DNA from: Octopus vulgaris
Taxonomy: Eukaryota
NCBI GenBank assembly: GCA_951406725.2
Contig: OX597819.1
Location: forward strand, 129,580,001 to 129,644,000
Direction of reading: 5' to 3'
Length of the DNA stretch: 64,000 bases
Shown: positions 51,501 through 62,979 of the stretch, one piece after another
Position numbering within the stretch: the stretch's first letter is position 1
Layout: each line of letters opens with the position of its first letter
Program-made: the position numbers and the translations under genes
Notes under the pieces: model-generated
What the model saw: the letters and a program-made list of their open reading frames with translations, nothing else
Database searches by the model: none
Told to the model about the DNA's origin: nothing

Positions 51501-54500
51501 CATCAATGAAATTCTTCCAGTGTCAAAGATAATCCTAATTATGATGCTTTTCAATCAGTTTCAGATAACAAGTATTTAGTGTTTTAGACTTTTCTAGAAG
51601 ATAGGTCACTGGCAATGGAATATGAACTTAAGTTGCTTCAGCTGATATTTGCTTATATATTTGCTGATATGTCAGCAATTTCTCATCATCATCATCATTT
51701 AACGTCTGCTTTCCATGCTAGCATGGGTTGGACGATTTGACAGAGGACCAGCAAACCGGGAGGCTGCACCAGGCTCCAATCTTGATCTCGCTGAGTTTCT
51801 ACAGCTGGATGCCCTTCCTAATGCCAACCACTTCGAGAGTGTAGTGGGTGCTTTTACGTGCCACTGGCACAAGGGCCAGTCAGGCGGTACTGGCAACAGC
51901 CATGCTCGAATGGTGCTTTTTACGTGCCACCAGCACAGGAGTCAGACCAGCGGCACTGATGATGATAACGATTAGTGCTGAGTGGTTGAGTGTCTAAAAG
52001 CTGGTTCTTTCTTTTAGTTTTATGGTGTTAAGCAGATGAAATAAATCTTCTCTCAGCTGAGATATTTGGCTACTTTGAGTGACATTTCCCAACTGTTAAA
52101 GTGAAGTGAAATGAAGCTCATAGAAATGAAGATATTGTTCAAAAACAAAATGAAATAACTGTAATGGATTTGAACTCAGTACCTTATCTATTTGGCTATC
52201 TCACTTCTACCACATGATTGGTTGGTTGTTCACTATATAACCTTCATAACCATTGTAATAGTTGTTGTTGTTGTTCAACTTCAGGCCAGTCCTCATTAAG
52301 CAGATACCTGTAACCAAAAGCATTCCAACTTTGGCCATGTGATCTATTTTGTAGATCTAGGATTATATTATGTAAATTATCCTTTTCACTTTTTCAGACA
52401 GCAGAGTGTGATTTGAAGGAGATTTAACTGCTATTTCTAGTAGGTTGAGTAACTGCATAGAATCTTTCTCATTCAAAGCATTAGAGTGTTGGCTGAAATG
52501 CCTTGCAGTATTTGTTCTGGCTCTCTGGTCTCTGAGTTCAAATCCCACCAACGTCAACTTTGTCTTCCATTTTTACAGGATCAATGACAAACGAGTCGAC
52601 TATGGTGGTGGATCAGCAGAATTCTTAGATTATCAGTATTTGTTCTCCTCTTTATGTTTGGAGACTTCTTGGCTTGCAGACTTAATCTGTTGCCCAGTTT
52701 AGCACCACCACCTGATCCTCGTGTGTCCTTATCAGAGTTCATTCTATTCCAAGCATCCAAGTCAGACCCCCAGTTTGAGCACAACTGCCTCCCTTCTTAT
52801 TAGTCTTGGAGTCCCTAAAACAATAAAGTATTGAGTCATAGGCACTGTCTTTCTCTTCCTGACTAATTTGTAAAGAAAAGGCAAAAGAAAAAAGTACTGA
52901 TTTACATGCCTTGTAAAATATTTTGATGGCTTATTACGAGTATGATACTTAGAAATGCTTGTGTGTTTGTATGTCTTCAAATGTCTACTCTCTATCTCTC
53001 TCTCTCTCTCTCAGATTCTATTGATATTTGTATTCTACTCTTTTGCAGTGCTAATTTGTCCAAAGCAGCTTGGGGTGTACTGGAGAAGGATGGATCACAG
53101 GTCATGATACGTTCATACGAAATTGGAGTCCTTTTCTTACCAAATGTCTTTGTAAGTTACATATTATTTGTAGGAGTGTGGTGAAAGTAAACTTTATTTT
53201 TTCACAAAACAATTTAAATTTATTCTGACAAATGTAAAGAAATATCTTCTTTTTACTTTCTCTGGACAGAAAAAAAAAATGAATCTACCTAACTAGTTTT
53301 GAATCTTCTTTGATTCTTTTCTGCCAAACAGACTTTATATTTTGCGCTTAGAGCCCACTTGGTGAATAAAATAATTGCTGTTGTTCTGTCGAAGGTTGAC
53401 CTTGATCAAGTCTAGACTCGTGATCAGTCATTCCAGCTGAGACTTTTGTAGCGATATGTGTTTTCCTTATTTAGGATGGGAAGGGTATATTGTGAGGGTA
53501 ATTTGGCTGTTATTTCTAACATGTAGAGACAAAAGTCAGAAAACAGCACAGCTCCCATGAAAGTCAGAAAACAGCATAGCTCCTTCTATGACTTTTGGGA
53601 GCATTTTTTCAAGCTAAGAGTTGCTGAAGCATGGAACAAACTGCCGGTATCAGTTGTTAGTTGTCGGAGCACTGCATCCTTCAAAACCCCCGGGCTTCCT
53701 GAGATTCGCCAACACTACACCTGATTTTCTCCCCTCCATACACACACGGGCATGTATCTGACTCATACACTGTTCACTTCCCAGACATTTGTACATTACT
53801 GCATATGCTTTATATGCACTTTTGACAAGTTGTGGTGCACCTGAGCACTGTATACAATAATTTCATTAGTATTAAAACAGATTAGTGTCTTGTAACTTTA
53901 GTGTCGGAGCTAGGTAGATACAGAAATGAAAGGCGACATGGTAAACAAAAATCATAATCATTTTTCTTTAATGTCTGCTTTCCATGCTGGCATGGGTTGG
54001 ACAGTTTGATCAGAGCTGGCAAGTTGCACCAGGGTCCAGCCTGATTTGGCTTAGTTTCTATGGGTGGATGCCCTTTCTAACGCTAACCACTTTATAGTGT
54101 GTACTGGGTGCTTTTAGTGTGCCACCATCGTGAGCACTTTTACATGGCACTGGTAGAGGACGCTTGCAGGCCAATCCTCTTCACCAGGGGATGTGGCCTT
54201 AACACTTCTGTTGTGGAGGACAGGTGTTTTTGAGTACGGATGGCTCTTTGGAAACTAAAAGTTCCTGTAATGGAGAGTGAAAAAGTATTGCATTTAACAG
54301 AGTAATATGAATTCTAAAGGGTTAAACATGTCACCATCATAAAAGTGTTGTTGTCCATTTCCAGTTTTCTGTGCATGTTTTAGCGATGAGGAATAAACAA
54401 CTTGCTTGAAAATGGGTGAGGGTTAGCAACAGGAAGAGCATCTGGCTGTAGGAAATCTGCCTCAATAAATTCCATCTGATTCATGGAAGCATAGAAATTA

Positions 54501-56885
54501 AAATAATCATCATCATCATCATCATTTAACGTCCGCTTTCCATGCTAGCATGGGTTTGATGAATGACTGAGGGCTGGCGAACCAGATGGCCGCACCAGGC
54601 TTCAATCTTGATCTGGCAGAGTTTCTACAGCTGGATGCCCTTCCTAACGCCAACCACTTCAAGAGTGTAGTGGGTGCTTTTTATGTGCCACCGGCACGGG
54701 GCCAGTCAGGCGGCACTGGCAACAACCTTGCTCGAATCTTTTACACATGCCACCAATGATGATTTTTATGTCTTCTCTATATAGAACCAACAAGGGAAGT
54801 GCTATGCAGTTGCTTGATCCACTAGAAATAGCAGCCATATTTTCCTCAGCTCCTGCCATGTTATCTTAAATAAAGAAGAATATATTGGACAGTGTAGTGT
54901 CCGATATACAAAAAGAGGTGACGGTCATGACTGGAATGTTTTGATCTGGATTGGCTCAGGGCTAAACAACATTTCATTTCCACACTACAATACTCTAGTT
55001 AAGAAAATCACTCTGTAATCCCCTCAACCTGCTAGAAATGGCAGCCAGATCTCCCCTTCCAGTCACACCCTACAAGTTTAAATAAAGGATTTGCTGAACA
55101 ATATACTCTTTGATGCACAACATAGATGGGGTGGTCATGGCTGAATTGCCTTTGCTTATAAATCTACTTGATTGAGGCTGATCTGGCTGACCTAAACAAC
55201 TATAGCAGCAGCAACATTACACTTGTTTTTTTTTTTTTACACCAAGTCAATGTAGGAACCACTACGTGGTTGCTTGGCCTGCTAGAAATAGCAGTCATAT
55301 CTCTATCGAATTACATCTTACCATTTTAGAAAGGAAAAAAGAAGGAACAAATAGGTGGGGGTGGATGTGGAGAAGGTTGAATGTTGGGGCATATTGATTC
55401 GGTTGGTGTTGGTGGAGGATAAGTTTTTTTGTGTGTTGATGGGGGTGGTGTTGTGACTAGAGTTGTTAGGTATTTACAAGAACTGCCTCCCACCCTCACT
55501 CTTCTACCCCCACCCCCTCCTAGCTAGTTCATGTTACTTGCCTTGCTGTCAGCTAATGTCACATGGCAGTTGGCAGTAATATAGTCTTACAGTGACTGGA
55601 TGGTGTGGTTAGCTGTCGGAATGCTGTGTGTGTGTGTGTGTGTGTGTGTGTTTATGGATGTGTATGGACGTGTATACACACACACACAATGAGGAGGAGG
55701 CACAAGCATGGGTGTGTGGTAAGAAGTTTGGTTCCCAGCCGTATGGTTCATGGTTCAGTCCCACTGCATGGTACCTTGGGTAAATATCTTCTACTATAGC
55801 CTTGGGCTGACTAAAGCCTTGTGTCAGGATTTGCTAGATGGAAACTGAAAGAAGCCCATTATGTGTCTGTGTCAGTGTTTGTCTCCCACCACTGCTTGAT
55901 AACTAGTGTTGATGAGTTTACATTCCTGTAACTTAGCAGTTTGGCAAAAGAGACCAATGGAATAAGTACCTGGCTTTAAAATGGCACATGACCTGCTGTG
56001 CTTGAGGAGACCTATTGAGTCAAGTACATCAACATCAAAATAAATATCAAATGGAAATTGTAATTGTGATACCTCTGCCGGTGGCACGTAAAAAGCACCA
56101 TTCGAACATGGCCGATGCCAGTGCCGCCTTGACTGGCTCCTGTGCCAGTGGAATGTAAAAAGCACCAACTGATTGTGACCGTTGCCAGCCTCCCCTGGCA
56201 CCTGTGCTGGTGGCACGTAAAAAGCACCCACTACACTCACGGAGTGGTTGGCGTTAGGAAGGGCATCCAGCTGTAGAAACACTGCAAGATCAGAATGGGC
56301 CTGGTGCAGCCTTCTGGCTTCCCAGATCCCAGTCAAACCGTCCAACCCGTGCTAGCATGGAAAACGGATGTTAAACGATGATGATGATGATTATATATAT
56401 TATATATATATATACAAACGTGATGATGATGATGTGTGTACTCTTGACAACATGTGATGATTGAAAATAAACATCACCATCATACAAGTGATGCTCCTTT
56501 CAAGTCTTTGGAGAAAAACTGGTCTAGTTATGGGGAAATAATACCATGCTTGAAAGCAGGTGAGAGTTGGCAACAGGAAAGGCATGCAGCTATAGAGTGT
56601 GTGCTTCAGAAATTTTCATTTGACCCATGCAAATATGGGAAAGTAGAGGGTAAAACAACAACAATGATGAAGATGATGATGATGATTTATATACATCATT
56701 TATTCAAAGCTGAGACTGCATGGCAGCAGCCTTTGACTTTTTCTACTCAAAAGGGATTTTAACCCAGTATTTACATACTATTTTTTATAGCTTTATCCAC
56801 TTTGAGTTCTCCAATTAAAAAAAAAACTTAACATAATTTCATGTTCTCATGAAGTTACTAAATTCTCATGACATATATGTATATG

Positions 56886-56919
<34 letters not shown>

Positions 56920-57791
56920 CATATATAATATTTGTTGTGACACTTGTGAAGACCTGTTGAGGCAAGTGAAAATCAAATCAAAACAAATCAAAATAGATGA
57001 ACATCAATGGAATTTGTATCTTTGTGGTACCAGTGCCGGTGGCACACAAGAAAATCATCCGAACGTGGCCGTAGCCAGTACCGCATAGACTGGCCTCCGT
57101 GCTTGGGGGACGTAACAAACACCATCCGATCGTGGCCGTCCGCCAGCCTCATCTGGCACCTGTGTCGGTGGCACATAAAAACACCATCCGAGCGTGGCCG
57201 TCTGCCAGCCTCGTCTGGCACCTGTGTCGGTGGCACATAAAAACACCATCCGAGCGTGGCCGTTCGCCAGCCTCGTCTGGCACCTGTGTCGGTGGCACAT
57301 AAAATCACCCACTACACTCTCGGAGTGGTTGGCGTTAGGAAGGGCATCCAGCTGTAGAAACACTGCCAGATCTGACTGGCCTGGTGCAGCCTTCGGGCTC
57401 CCCAGACCCCAGTTGAACCGTCCAACCCATGCTAGCATGGAAAGCGGACGTTAAATGATGATGATGATGATGATATGGTGTGTTGTGAATTTATGGAAAG
57501 AAATCCCATAAAAGCTCAACAATTTTGTTAAAAATTGAGAAGAGAAGATGTTAAAATGAATGAGAGAGTTTTAATTAATGCAGACGATTGTTTCGTAAAG
57601 AGATATAAAAAAATCATGCAAGTTCATGGTTGAATAGAATTAATTAAATTAAATTAAATTAAATTGAATTAAATTGAATTAAATTATATATCACTCAGTG
57701 CAAGAAGTATAAACAAAGTTTTTACAAAGGACTTGAGAAAGGAAACAGCAGAACTGTAAGAATCAATGCTGCTTAACAAAAACCATCACGT

Positions 57792-57834
<43 letters not shown>

Positions 57835-59744
57835 ATAAAATAGCTCTGTGAAGCACAGCTCTTAACCAAAGATTGGGCTCAATAGAGTATTCCACACTCC
57901 ATGTCAATATTTGTAGTTTAGTTAGTTAGATAGTTAGTTAATTTTTTGGCTCAAAAAGCAAAAAGCAAGGCCATGTAGGGAGACATGGAGTTATGTACAG
58001 GGTGGTGTTCATGTAAAGAGTTCAGGCCACTAGAGGTCAAGGGAGACTTTGAACTGAGCGGTCGTTGGCTTCTTCACTATCTCGTCCGGCAGCTTATTCC
58101 ATGGATCCGCAACCCAGACGGAGAAAGCCCCTCTCCTTCGATTGAGATGAAATCGTCACAGATAGAGCTTTTCGGAGTGACCCCGCAGCCGACGCTCCGG
58201 AGCAGGAGTGAAGAACAGCTCTTTCAAGAGGTTACACTTTCCGCTTATGATGTTGTGAGCAAGAATGAGATCACCACGGCGGCGGCGTTTTTCTAGAGAA
58301 TAAAGGTCGAGCGTCTTCAGCCTTTCTTCATAAGACAAATGCTTGAGACCATGAACCATGCGGGTAGCCAGCTTCTGGACTCTTTCGAGATGCTGTATGT
58401 CTTTGAGGAGATAAGGAGAAGAGGCTAACTAACTAACTAACTGGTAGTTTGTAGTATGTTTGATATTAGGAAGGGCATCCAGCTGTAGAAACCATGCCAA
58501 AACAGATAGGGAGCCTGGAAAGTCCTTCAGCTGGTTAGCTCCTGTCAAACTGTCCAACCCATGCCAGTGTGGAAAACAGATGCTAAATGATGAGAATGAT
58601 GATGATGATTCAGGGCATCTACTAGGAGCCAAATAATAGAAATAAAATATAAAAAAATAGATATGGTATTCAATGCTTTATAGAACATACGCATTTCACC
58701 ATCAGTGTTTTGATGTTGAAACAGATTGAATAAGTGGTAGGCTTACGAAAAATATACTATGTACTGGGAGTCAATTTGTTCGACTAAATCCTTGAAGGTA
58801 GTGCCCCAGCATGACCATAGTCCAATGACTGAAACAAATAAATGATAAAAGTTAGCTACATAAAAATAGAAAGTGGGGTTGCAAACAGTTCCTATCAATC
58901 AGATTTCACTAGGAGCTATGGGTACAGCACATTTGTCCAAGATCTGCACACTGGGTTTTGAACTTGGAACTACATGGCTCAAATCAAACCTCTTAACCAC
59001 ACAGCCATATACATTCATATGTGCAGGTCCAGTTTCCAAATTAAAACCTGATACTGCTTTCCCCCTCCCTTTTACTATACCTTCTCCTTGCTAACAATCC
59101 ATGCTATTCTCCAGACATAATCTCTCTAAGAACTTCAGGCTTTTTGAGTGCAAAAGCTGTTCCTTTTAATTATAGTTTATTTATTGTTCCTTAATAAGCA
59201 ATTTCAGACCACCTCCACCATCCCCTAAACACAACCACCCCAACTCCTTAATCACTCTTACACCCACTGTGCTGCACTCAGTTTGTTCATCATCACTAGT
59301 ATCATTACCATAACCACCATCATCTCCACCATCATCATTATCATAACCATTATCATTGTCATCATCATCATCACCAGCAGCATTGTTACTATCTCCACCA
59401 CCAACACCACTACAACACCACTACAATCATCACTTCTATCATCACCACCAACAGTGTCACCACCACCACCACCACCATTATTATTACTACCATCACCACC
59501 ATCATAGTTATCATCATCATGATATTTTCTTTTGAAATCCTTCTTTTCTCCAATTTCCTCTTCACTTTCTTCTCTTTTTTGTTTTTATTTTTCTTCTCTG
59601 AAATGTATAAAAGAATACAAGAATATATATATTCTTTTATTCTTTTCTGCCCAAAGGTTGTGGCCATACTGGAGCACACACATGCAGAGGGAAAGAGGAC
59701 TAGTGGGATACATTTTCATTAAACTTATCTTCTTTATATACATA

Positions 59745-59798
<54 letters not shown>

Positions 59799-62700
59799 AT
59801 TTAGGGCTAAAAAAAAAATCCACTAGGTGGATAGCCATATGCTAGAAGAAGATCACATACGATCTTTTTTAGCCCTAAATATACACATGTATTGAAATTT
59901 TTTCTGATTTTTCAGATTTTTTATATGCTAGGCTACTGGTTTTCAATTGATATTAATTAAATTCTCATTATTTAAATATATATAATATATATATATAATG
60001 TATATGTCGCAGGCGTGGCTGTGTGGTAAGAAGCTTGCTTCCCAGCCACATGGTTCCAGGTTCAGTCCTACTGCGTAGCACCTTAGGCAAGTGTCTTCTA
60101 CTATAGCCTCAAGCTGAGCAAGTCTTGTGAGTGGATTTGCTAGACAGAAACTGAAAGAAGCTCATTGTGATGATGATGATATATATGCATATATATGTGT
60201 GTGTGTGTATTTGTGTGTCTGTTTTTGTCCCCCACACCATTGCTTGACAACCAGTGATGGTGTGTTTACATTCTCGTAACTTAGCGGTTTGGCTAAAGAG
60301 ACCAATAGAATAAGTACTAAGCTTACAAAGAATATGTCCTGGGGTTGATTTGTTTGACTGAAGGCAGTGCTCCGGCATGGCCACAGTCAAATGACTTGAA
60401 TCGAATAAAAGATTATGTAAACACACATGCACGTTCATACACACACACACACACACACACACAAATTTACACTGCTAGATGCCTACACACACAGACACAC
60501 ACAAATAGAAATATCTTCATTAAATGTATCTTCTTCATACATAACTTCATACTTATTTATTTATTTTTGAGGCTTTCCCATTTGCTGTGACACTTGAAGC
60601 CTTAAAAAAAACCCCCTCTCCCTCCCCCATCTCCTCGCAAATGGCAAACGCTAATAGTAGTTTGCCATGTTAATCCAGGAGCTTAACTCGTTAAATGATT
60701 GGCTCAGCAGGATGTTTCTATGACAGAGCCAGTGTCTTCCAAGTCACTGAAACTGGATAGCTAAACAACATGAATTCTCACTTGTCAACCTGGGATTTGA
60801 AACCCAACTTTGTTTTCTGCATCTTTTTCTTTTTTTTTTTTTTTGCTATCACCTGACAATGCTAGATTCCTTAGGCTTGTTGTCTATAAGTCTTTTCTCT
60901 GTGTGTGTGTGTAAGATCGAGCAGGGCTTTGATTGAAGGTGATAAGATGATCTTGGTCATGACCATCCTGTCTTACAGCTTCGGACATTATATCTAGGAC
61001 TACATCAGTCAATGTGTTCTTCTCTTTTTTTTGTTTCAGCTGTGTGGATCTGGAGTTTACTTTGTTACTTGTAGTCTTGACTTCTATTTCACTGAATGGT
61101 ACTTTGGGAAAGTACCATAAAAGGACGGCGAGCTGGCAGAAACTTTAGCATGCCAGGTGAAATGCATAGCCATATTTCATCTGCCGCTACGTTCTGAGTT
61201 CAAATTCCGCCGAGGTCGACTTTGCCTTTCATCCTTTCGGGGTTGATAAATTAAGTACCATTTACGCACTGGGGTTGATATAATCGACTTAATCCCTTTG
61301 TCTGTCCTTGTTTGTCCCCTCTGTGTTTAGCCCCCTGTGGGTAGTAAAGAAATAGGTACTTTGGGAAAGTGTTTTCTCCTTTAGCCTTTGGGCCAACTGA
61401 GCCTTGGAAGTGGAATTGCTAACTGTAAACAAGATGGAGGCATTTGGGAATATCATATGGAGATTGTGTCAGAAATGAGGAAGTAAAAAGAAGAAAGAAG
61501 TAGGCAATAGGGTCCTATGAGGAACTCCCTTACCACAGTAAAGAAATGCAAGCTCAGGTTGTGTGGGCATGTCACCCACTCATCAGAGATGGCCAAAACA
61601 ATCCTTCAGAGAACAGTCAAAGGTGGGAGATGCAGAGGTAGAGAGGAAAAGAGGTGGGAAAACATCTCTGAGTGGACAGGCTTAAAGATGAGAGATGCAG
61701 TGCGAGAGGTAGAAGACGGAGACATGTGGAGGGAGCTGGTCACAAGGTCATCAGTGGTGGCTGAACAGTCAGCCAGACTAAAGGATACGTAATGTAAAAA
61801 CAGGATGGAAACTCATTATAAGATTGTAGCAAACCTTACCAAAACAGACAGCAGGGCTTGGTGTAGTCTTTTAGCTTGGTCAGTTCCTGTCAAACTGCCC
61901 AACCCATGGAAGCATGGGAAATGGGTGTTAAATGATGGTGATGGTGATGATATAATCATCACCAATTGATGTCTGCTTTTCCATACTCGCGTGGGCAGAT
62001 GGAATTTGTTGAGGTAAATATTTTATGGCTGGATGCCTTACCTGTTACCTGCTCTCACCTGTTTCCATGCAAGGTAATATTTTCCCCATAGTTAGACATG
62101 TTTTTTTTGCAGAAGATTGGAAATGAACAACCTTACTTGTATAAAAATGATACTTATTTACAAATATTACATGTGATGTCTAGACACTGGCACACACAAG
62201 TATACACTCATACATACATACATACATACATTATATATATATGGCACGTAAAAAGCACCATCCGATTGTGGCCGTTTGCCAGCCTCGTCTGGCCCCCGTG
62301 CCGGTGGCACGTAAAAAGCACCCACTACACTCACAGAGTGGTTGGTGTTAGGAAGGGCATCCAGCCGTAGAAACATTGCCAAATCAGACTGGGCTTGGTG
62401 CAGCCTTCTGGCTTCACAGACCCCAGTTGAACCGTCCAACCCATGCCAGCATGGAAAGCGGACGCTAAATGATGATGATAAATTAGAAAAAACCCACCTT
62501 TTATCAATTCAAAATGAACAATTATAGGTTTTTATTATGTTTTTATTATCATTTTGCAATTTACTTTGCATCTCAAAATAAATACAGTAACGAAAGGGTT
62601 ATAAGCAAAAATGCATGGAAAAAGGAAAGAAATTATGGTTTAAATTAGGTCATAGATTAAATCATGGTTTTATTTTTGTTGAATGTTTAATGAAATATCT

Positions 62701-62847
62701 TAATGGCTCTTCTTGAATAGCTATTTTCCATTTTCTAGGACATGAAGCGGCTTAAGTTGACCAACGATGTAAATGAAGGTTTGTCCTCTGAAAAACCAAG
62801 TTTTGTTCTCCCATATGATATTCCATTGAAACCGTACAAGAAAGATG
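14037..62847 (+). CDS. TDP1: Tyrosyl-DNA phosphodiesterase 1, spliced gene (14 coding exons in window; final exon beyond 64000; start codon uncertain)
   Basis: Exons join in frame with AG/GT boundaries. The translation follows the TDP1 family throughout: [136 protein letters not shown]. The C-terminal PWIW-type exon was not found in the window. Confidence 0.97.
15249..15317 (+). other. PBZ (poly(ADP-ribose)-binding zinc finger) motif within TDP1
   Basis: [23 protein letters not shown] fits the PBZ consensus [KR]xxCx[FY]GxxCxbbxxxxHxxx[FY]xH; preceded by a basic KRKRP NLS-like patch. Confidence 0.9.
17164..17418 (+). CDS. TDP1: TDP1 exon B
   Basis: ttgcag|AG ... TCTG|gtaagt; encodes [13 protein letters not shown]...[27 protein letters not shown], the start of the catalytic domain. 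Confidence 0.95.
17493..17790 (+). mobile_element. Older CR1 LINE copy, 5' part (interrupted by the full-length copy)
   Basis: Translation [35 protein letters not shown] is homologous to the ORF2 C-terminus. Confidence 0.9.
17878..20642 (-). CDS. LINE ORF2: APE endonuclease + reverse transcriptase, one frameshift near 20378-20383
   Basis: N-terminal part 20361-20642 (LNARSL..VTETW..RKDR..GGGV) continues in another frame at 17878-20415 ([49 protein letters not shown]). Confidence 0.93.
20751..21926 (-). CDS. LINE ORF1: PHD-type zinc finger, polyQ tract, coiled coil and RRM-like C-terminal part
   Basis: 391-aa ORF with CHIC...WVECGTC...CLQC...WTFQCQAC, a Q-rich (Qn-NQPQPE) repeat, and IAIGVPE...[17 protein letters not shown] typical of CR1/L2 ORF1. 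Confidence 0.85.
   Translation of the reverse strand: MTRTNRIAMVKSIAACDKTGRCSKIEHCPENHTCHICTEPENTFRNRWVECGTCLISVCLQCATDFQKIPGQKKSHHNAMMDRLWKMVQLKSWTFQCQACVPPQPTIVSPPATPVEEAEQQQQQQQNQPQPEQQQQQQQQQQQQQQLEQQQQQQQNQPQPEQQQQQNQPQPEQQQQQHQQQQQQQQNQPQPEQQQQQQQHQLTSAVLAELQQSICALKGEVAGIKATIQVGLHNEGSYRNALLKNLPVPVPLVAFKTADSATHEVIAIGVPEDMADLQAFAANSAKDLGCVPPTGAIRLGRPGPKPRLIKLSFTDPTEATSYHLASVKAGRENRTTFRTRPGLPSDVRPKLRVVASLNRNSALQESFSLREDGQIWRFVKTAETWKRYQLV
21945..22515 (+). mobile_element. Older CR1 LINE copy, 3' part with long 3' UTR and (ATT)n tail
   Basis: Resumes [34 protein letters not shown], followed by the 3' UTR and (ATT)n. Confidence 0.9.
22516..22992 (-). mobile_element. 5'-truncated R4/Dong-type non-LTR retrotransposon (restriction-like endonuclease C-terminus)
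   Basis: ORF 22694-22993 [35 protein letters not shown] is an RLE domain tail; flanked on both sides by (TAA)n. Confidence 0.8.
23180..23223 (+). CDS. TDP1: TDP1 exon C (44 nt)
   Basis: tttag|AT ... CAG|gtaagc; [15 protein letters not shown]. Confidence 0.95.
23482..25190 (-). repeat. SINE-derived tandem array: one head plus 9 x 184-185 bp bodies, flanked by a 20-bp TSD
   Basis: Period 184-185 (aatac at 23661, 23846, 24030...); head at ~25135-25188; TSD tgtgtgtgtcat(t/c)gcatacc at 23462-23481 and 25191-25210. Confidence 0.93.
26393..26448 (+). CDS. TDP1: TDP1 exon D (56 nt)
   Basis: ttccag|TTT ... CG|gtgagt; [19 protein letters not shown]. Confidence 0.95.
27870..27966 (+). CDS. TDP1: TDP1 exon E (97 nt)
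   Basis: ttccag|G ... CAA|gtaagt; [32 protein letters not shown]. Confidence 0.95.
28982..29210 (-). mobile_element. Monomeric copy of the array-forming SINE
   Basis: Same sequence; TSD cctctgtcactaatatatata on both sides. Confidence 0.88.
30850..31215 (+). mobile_element. RTE-clade LINE 3' end (degenerate)
   Basis: Remnant [24 protein letters not shown] leading into the UTR shared with the abundant (GAT)n-tailed repeats. Confidence 0.65.
31316..31350 (+). CDS. TDP1: TDP1 exon F (35 nt), carries the first catalytic His
   Basis: tttag|GCC ... TC|gtgagt; [12 protein letters not shown]. Confidence 0.95.
32542..33538 (+). mobile_element. 5'-truncated CR1 LINE copy, same young subfamily as 17791-21944
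   Basis: [29 protein letters not shown] is nearly identical to the full-length copy, with the same short 3' UTR and ATT tail; one frameshift near 32810. Confidence 0.93.
34186..34278 (+). CDS. TDP1: TDP1 exon G (93 nt), K and N of the first HxK...N motif
   Basis: tatag|A ... GG|gtatat; [31 protein letters not shown]. Confidence 0.95.
34417..34505. repeat. 41-bp perfect tandem duplication
   Basis: gcacctgtggcttttgtggacttcccatgagtagccctaaa x2 followed by gcacct. Confidence 0.92.
36352..36522 (+). CDS. TDP1: TDP1 exon H (171 nt)
   Basis: tttag|G ... AA|gtaagt; [57 protein letters not shown]. Confidence 0.95.
37619..37697 (+). CDS. TDP1: TDP1 exon I (79 nt)
   Basis: tgtag|A ... AAG|gtatga; [26 protein letters not shown]. 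Confidence 0.95.
37770..38167 (-). mobile_element. Non-autonomous Helitron
   Basis: On the minus strand it begins A^TC and ends with the hairpin CCCG-AGCAACGC-CGGG followed by CTAG^T; no TSD; internal ~100-bp duplication. Confidence 0.85.
40069..40290. mobile_element. piggyBac-type MITE
   Basis: TTAA|CCCTTTCGTTACC ... GGTAACGAAAGGG|TTAA: 13-bp TIR with TTAA target duplication. Confidence 0.9.
40471..40653 (+). CDS. TDP1: TDP1 exon J (183 nt)
   Basis: tctcag|ATT ... CTG|gtgagc; [43 protein letters not shown]...KMKL. Confidence 0.95.
40951..41184 (+). mobile_element. Monomeric copy of the array-forming tRNA-derived SINE
   Basis: Head ggcggcgagctggcagaa..gagttcaaattcc (A/B-box-like); core gtcgactttgcctttcatcctttcggggtcgataaattaagtacc; TSD 40938-40953 / 41185-41200. 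Confidence 0.9.
43234..43466 (-). mobile_element. Monomeric copy of the array-forming SINE
   Basis: Same sequence, reverse orientation. Confidence 0.88.
44798..45210 (-). repeat. Same SINE, head plus 2 tandem bodies
   Basis: Two bodies joined at the same gacgaaatacctatttc junction. Confidence 0.88.
46088..46556 (-). mobile_element. CR1 LINE 3' fragment (long-UTR subfamily)
   Basis: [26 protein letters not shown] plus a 3' UTR matching 22330-22470. Confidence 0.88.
48035..48740. mobile_element. piggyBac-type MITE interrupted by an RTE 3' fragment
   Basis: TTAA|CCCATTAGCATT ... AATGCTAAAGGG|TTAA; RTE remnant inside at ~48064-48560. Confidence 0.7.
49054..49169 (+). CDS. TDP1: TDP1 exon K (116 nt)
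   Basis: cttcag|ATC ... CA|gtaagt; [39 protein letters not shown]. Confidence 0.95.
50735..50900. repeat. CT-rich minisatellite forming an extended polypyrimidine tract before exon L
   Basis: Repeated tttgcctttgtgtctctttc(tc)n units up to the 50905 acceptor. Confidence 0.85.
50906..51013 (+). CDS. TDP1: TDP1 exon L (108 nt), second HxK motif
   Basis: tttcag|T ... AG|gtgagt; [36 protein letters not shown]. Confidence 0.95.
53049..53151 (+). CDS. TDP1: TDP1 exon M (103 nt)
   Basis: ttgcag|T ... TTT|gtaagt; [34 protein letters not shown]. Confidence 0.95.
53532..53872 (+). mobile_element. CR1 LINE 3' fragment (long-UTR subfamily)
   Basis: Matches 22165-22475; small tandem duplication at its 5' end. 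Confidence 0.85.
57915..58425 (-). mobile_element. CR1 LINE 3' fragment of a different family with a (TAAC)n tail
   Basis: [50 protein letters not shown]; tail repeat at 57915-57940. Confidence 0.85.
59290..59520. repeat. (CAT/CAC)n low-complexity tract
   Basis: Degenerate trinucleotide repeat. Confidence 0.85.
61122..61354 (+). mobile_element. Monomeric copy of the array-forming SINE
   Basis: Same sequence; TSD ggtactttgggaaagt at 61098-61113 / 61355-61370. Confidence 0.9.
61517..61795 (+). mobile_element. RTE-clade LINE C-terminal fragment
   Basis: [44 protein letters not shown]. Confidence 0.75.
62739..62847 (+). CDS. TDP1: TDP1 exon N (109 nt)
   Basis: ttctag|GAC ... GATG|gtttgt; [36 protein letters not shown] (conserved PYD.P..Y). 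Confidence 0.9.
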
Positions 62848-62979
62848 GTTTGTATATTTTTAACTTTTTGTTTTTGAGTTCAGATCTCACCTAAGTTACT
62901 TTTGTCTTTTATCCTTTGTAAATTGACCGTTCCTTCCTCTCAAATTCCTGGCATTGTGTCTTTGTTAAGAATGATTACC

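Noticed and set aside
59283-59722. Ile/Thr/Pro-rich ORFs
   Set aside because: Low-complexity CAT/CAC repeat with no splice or homology support.
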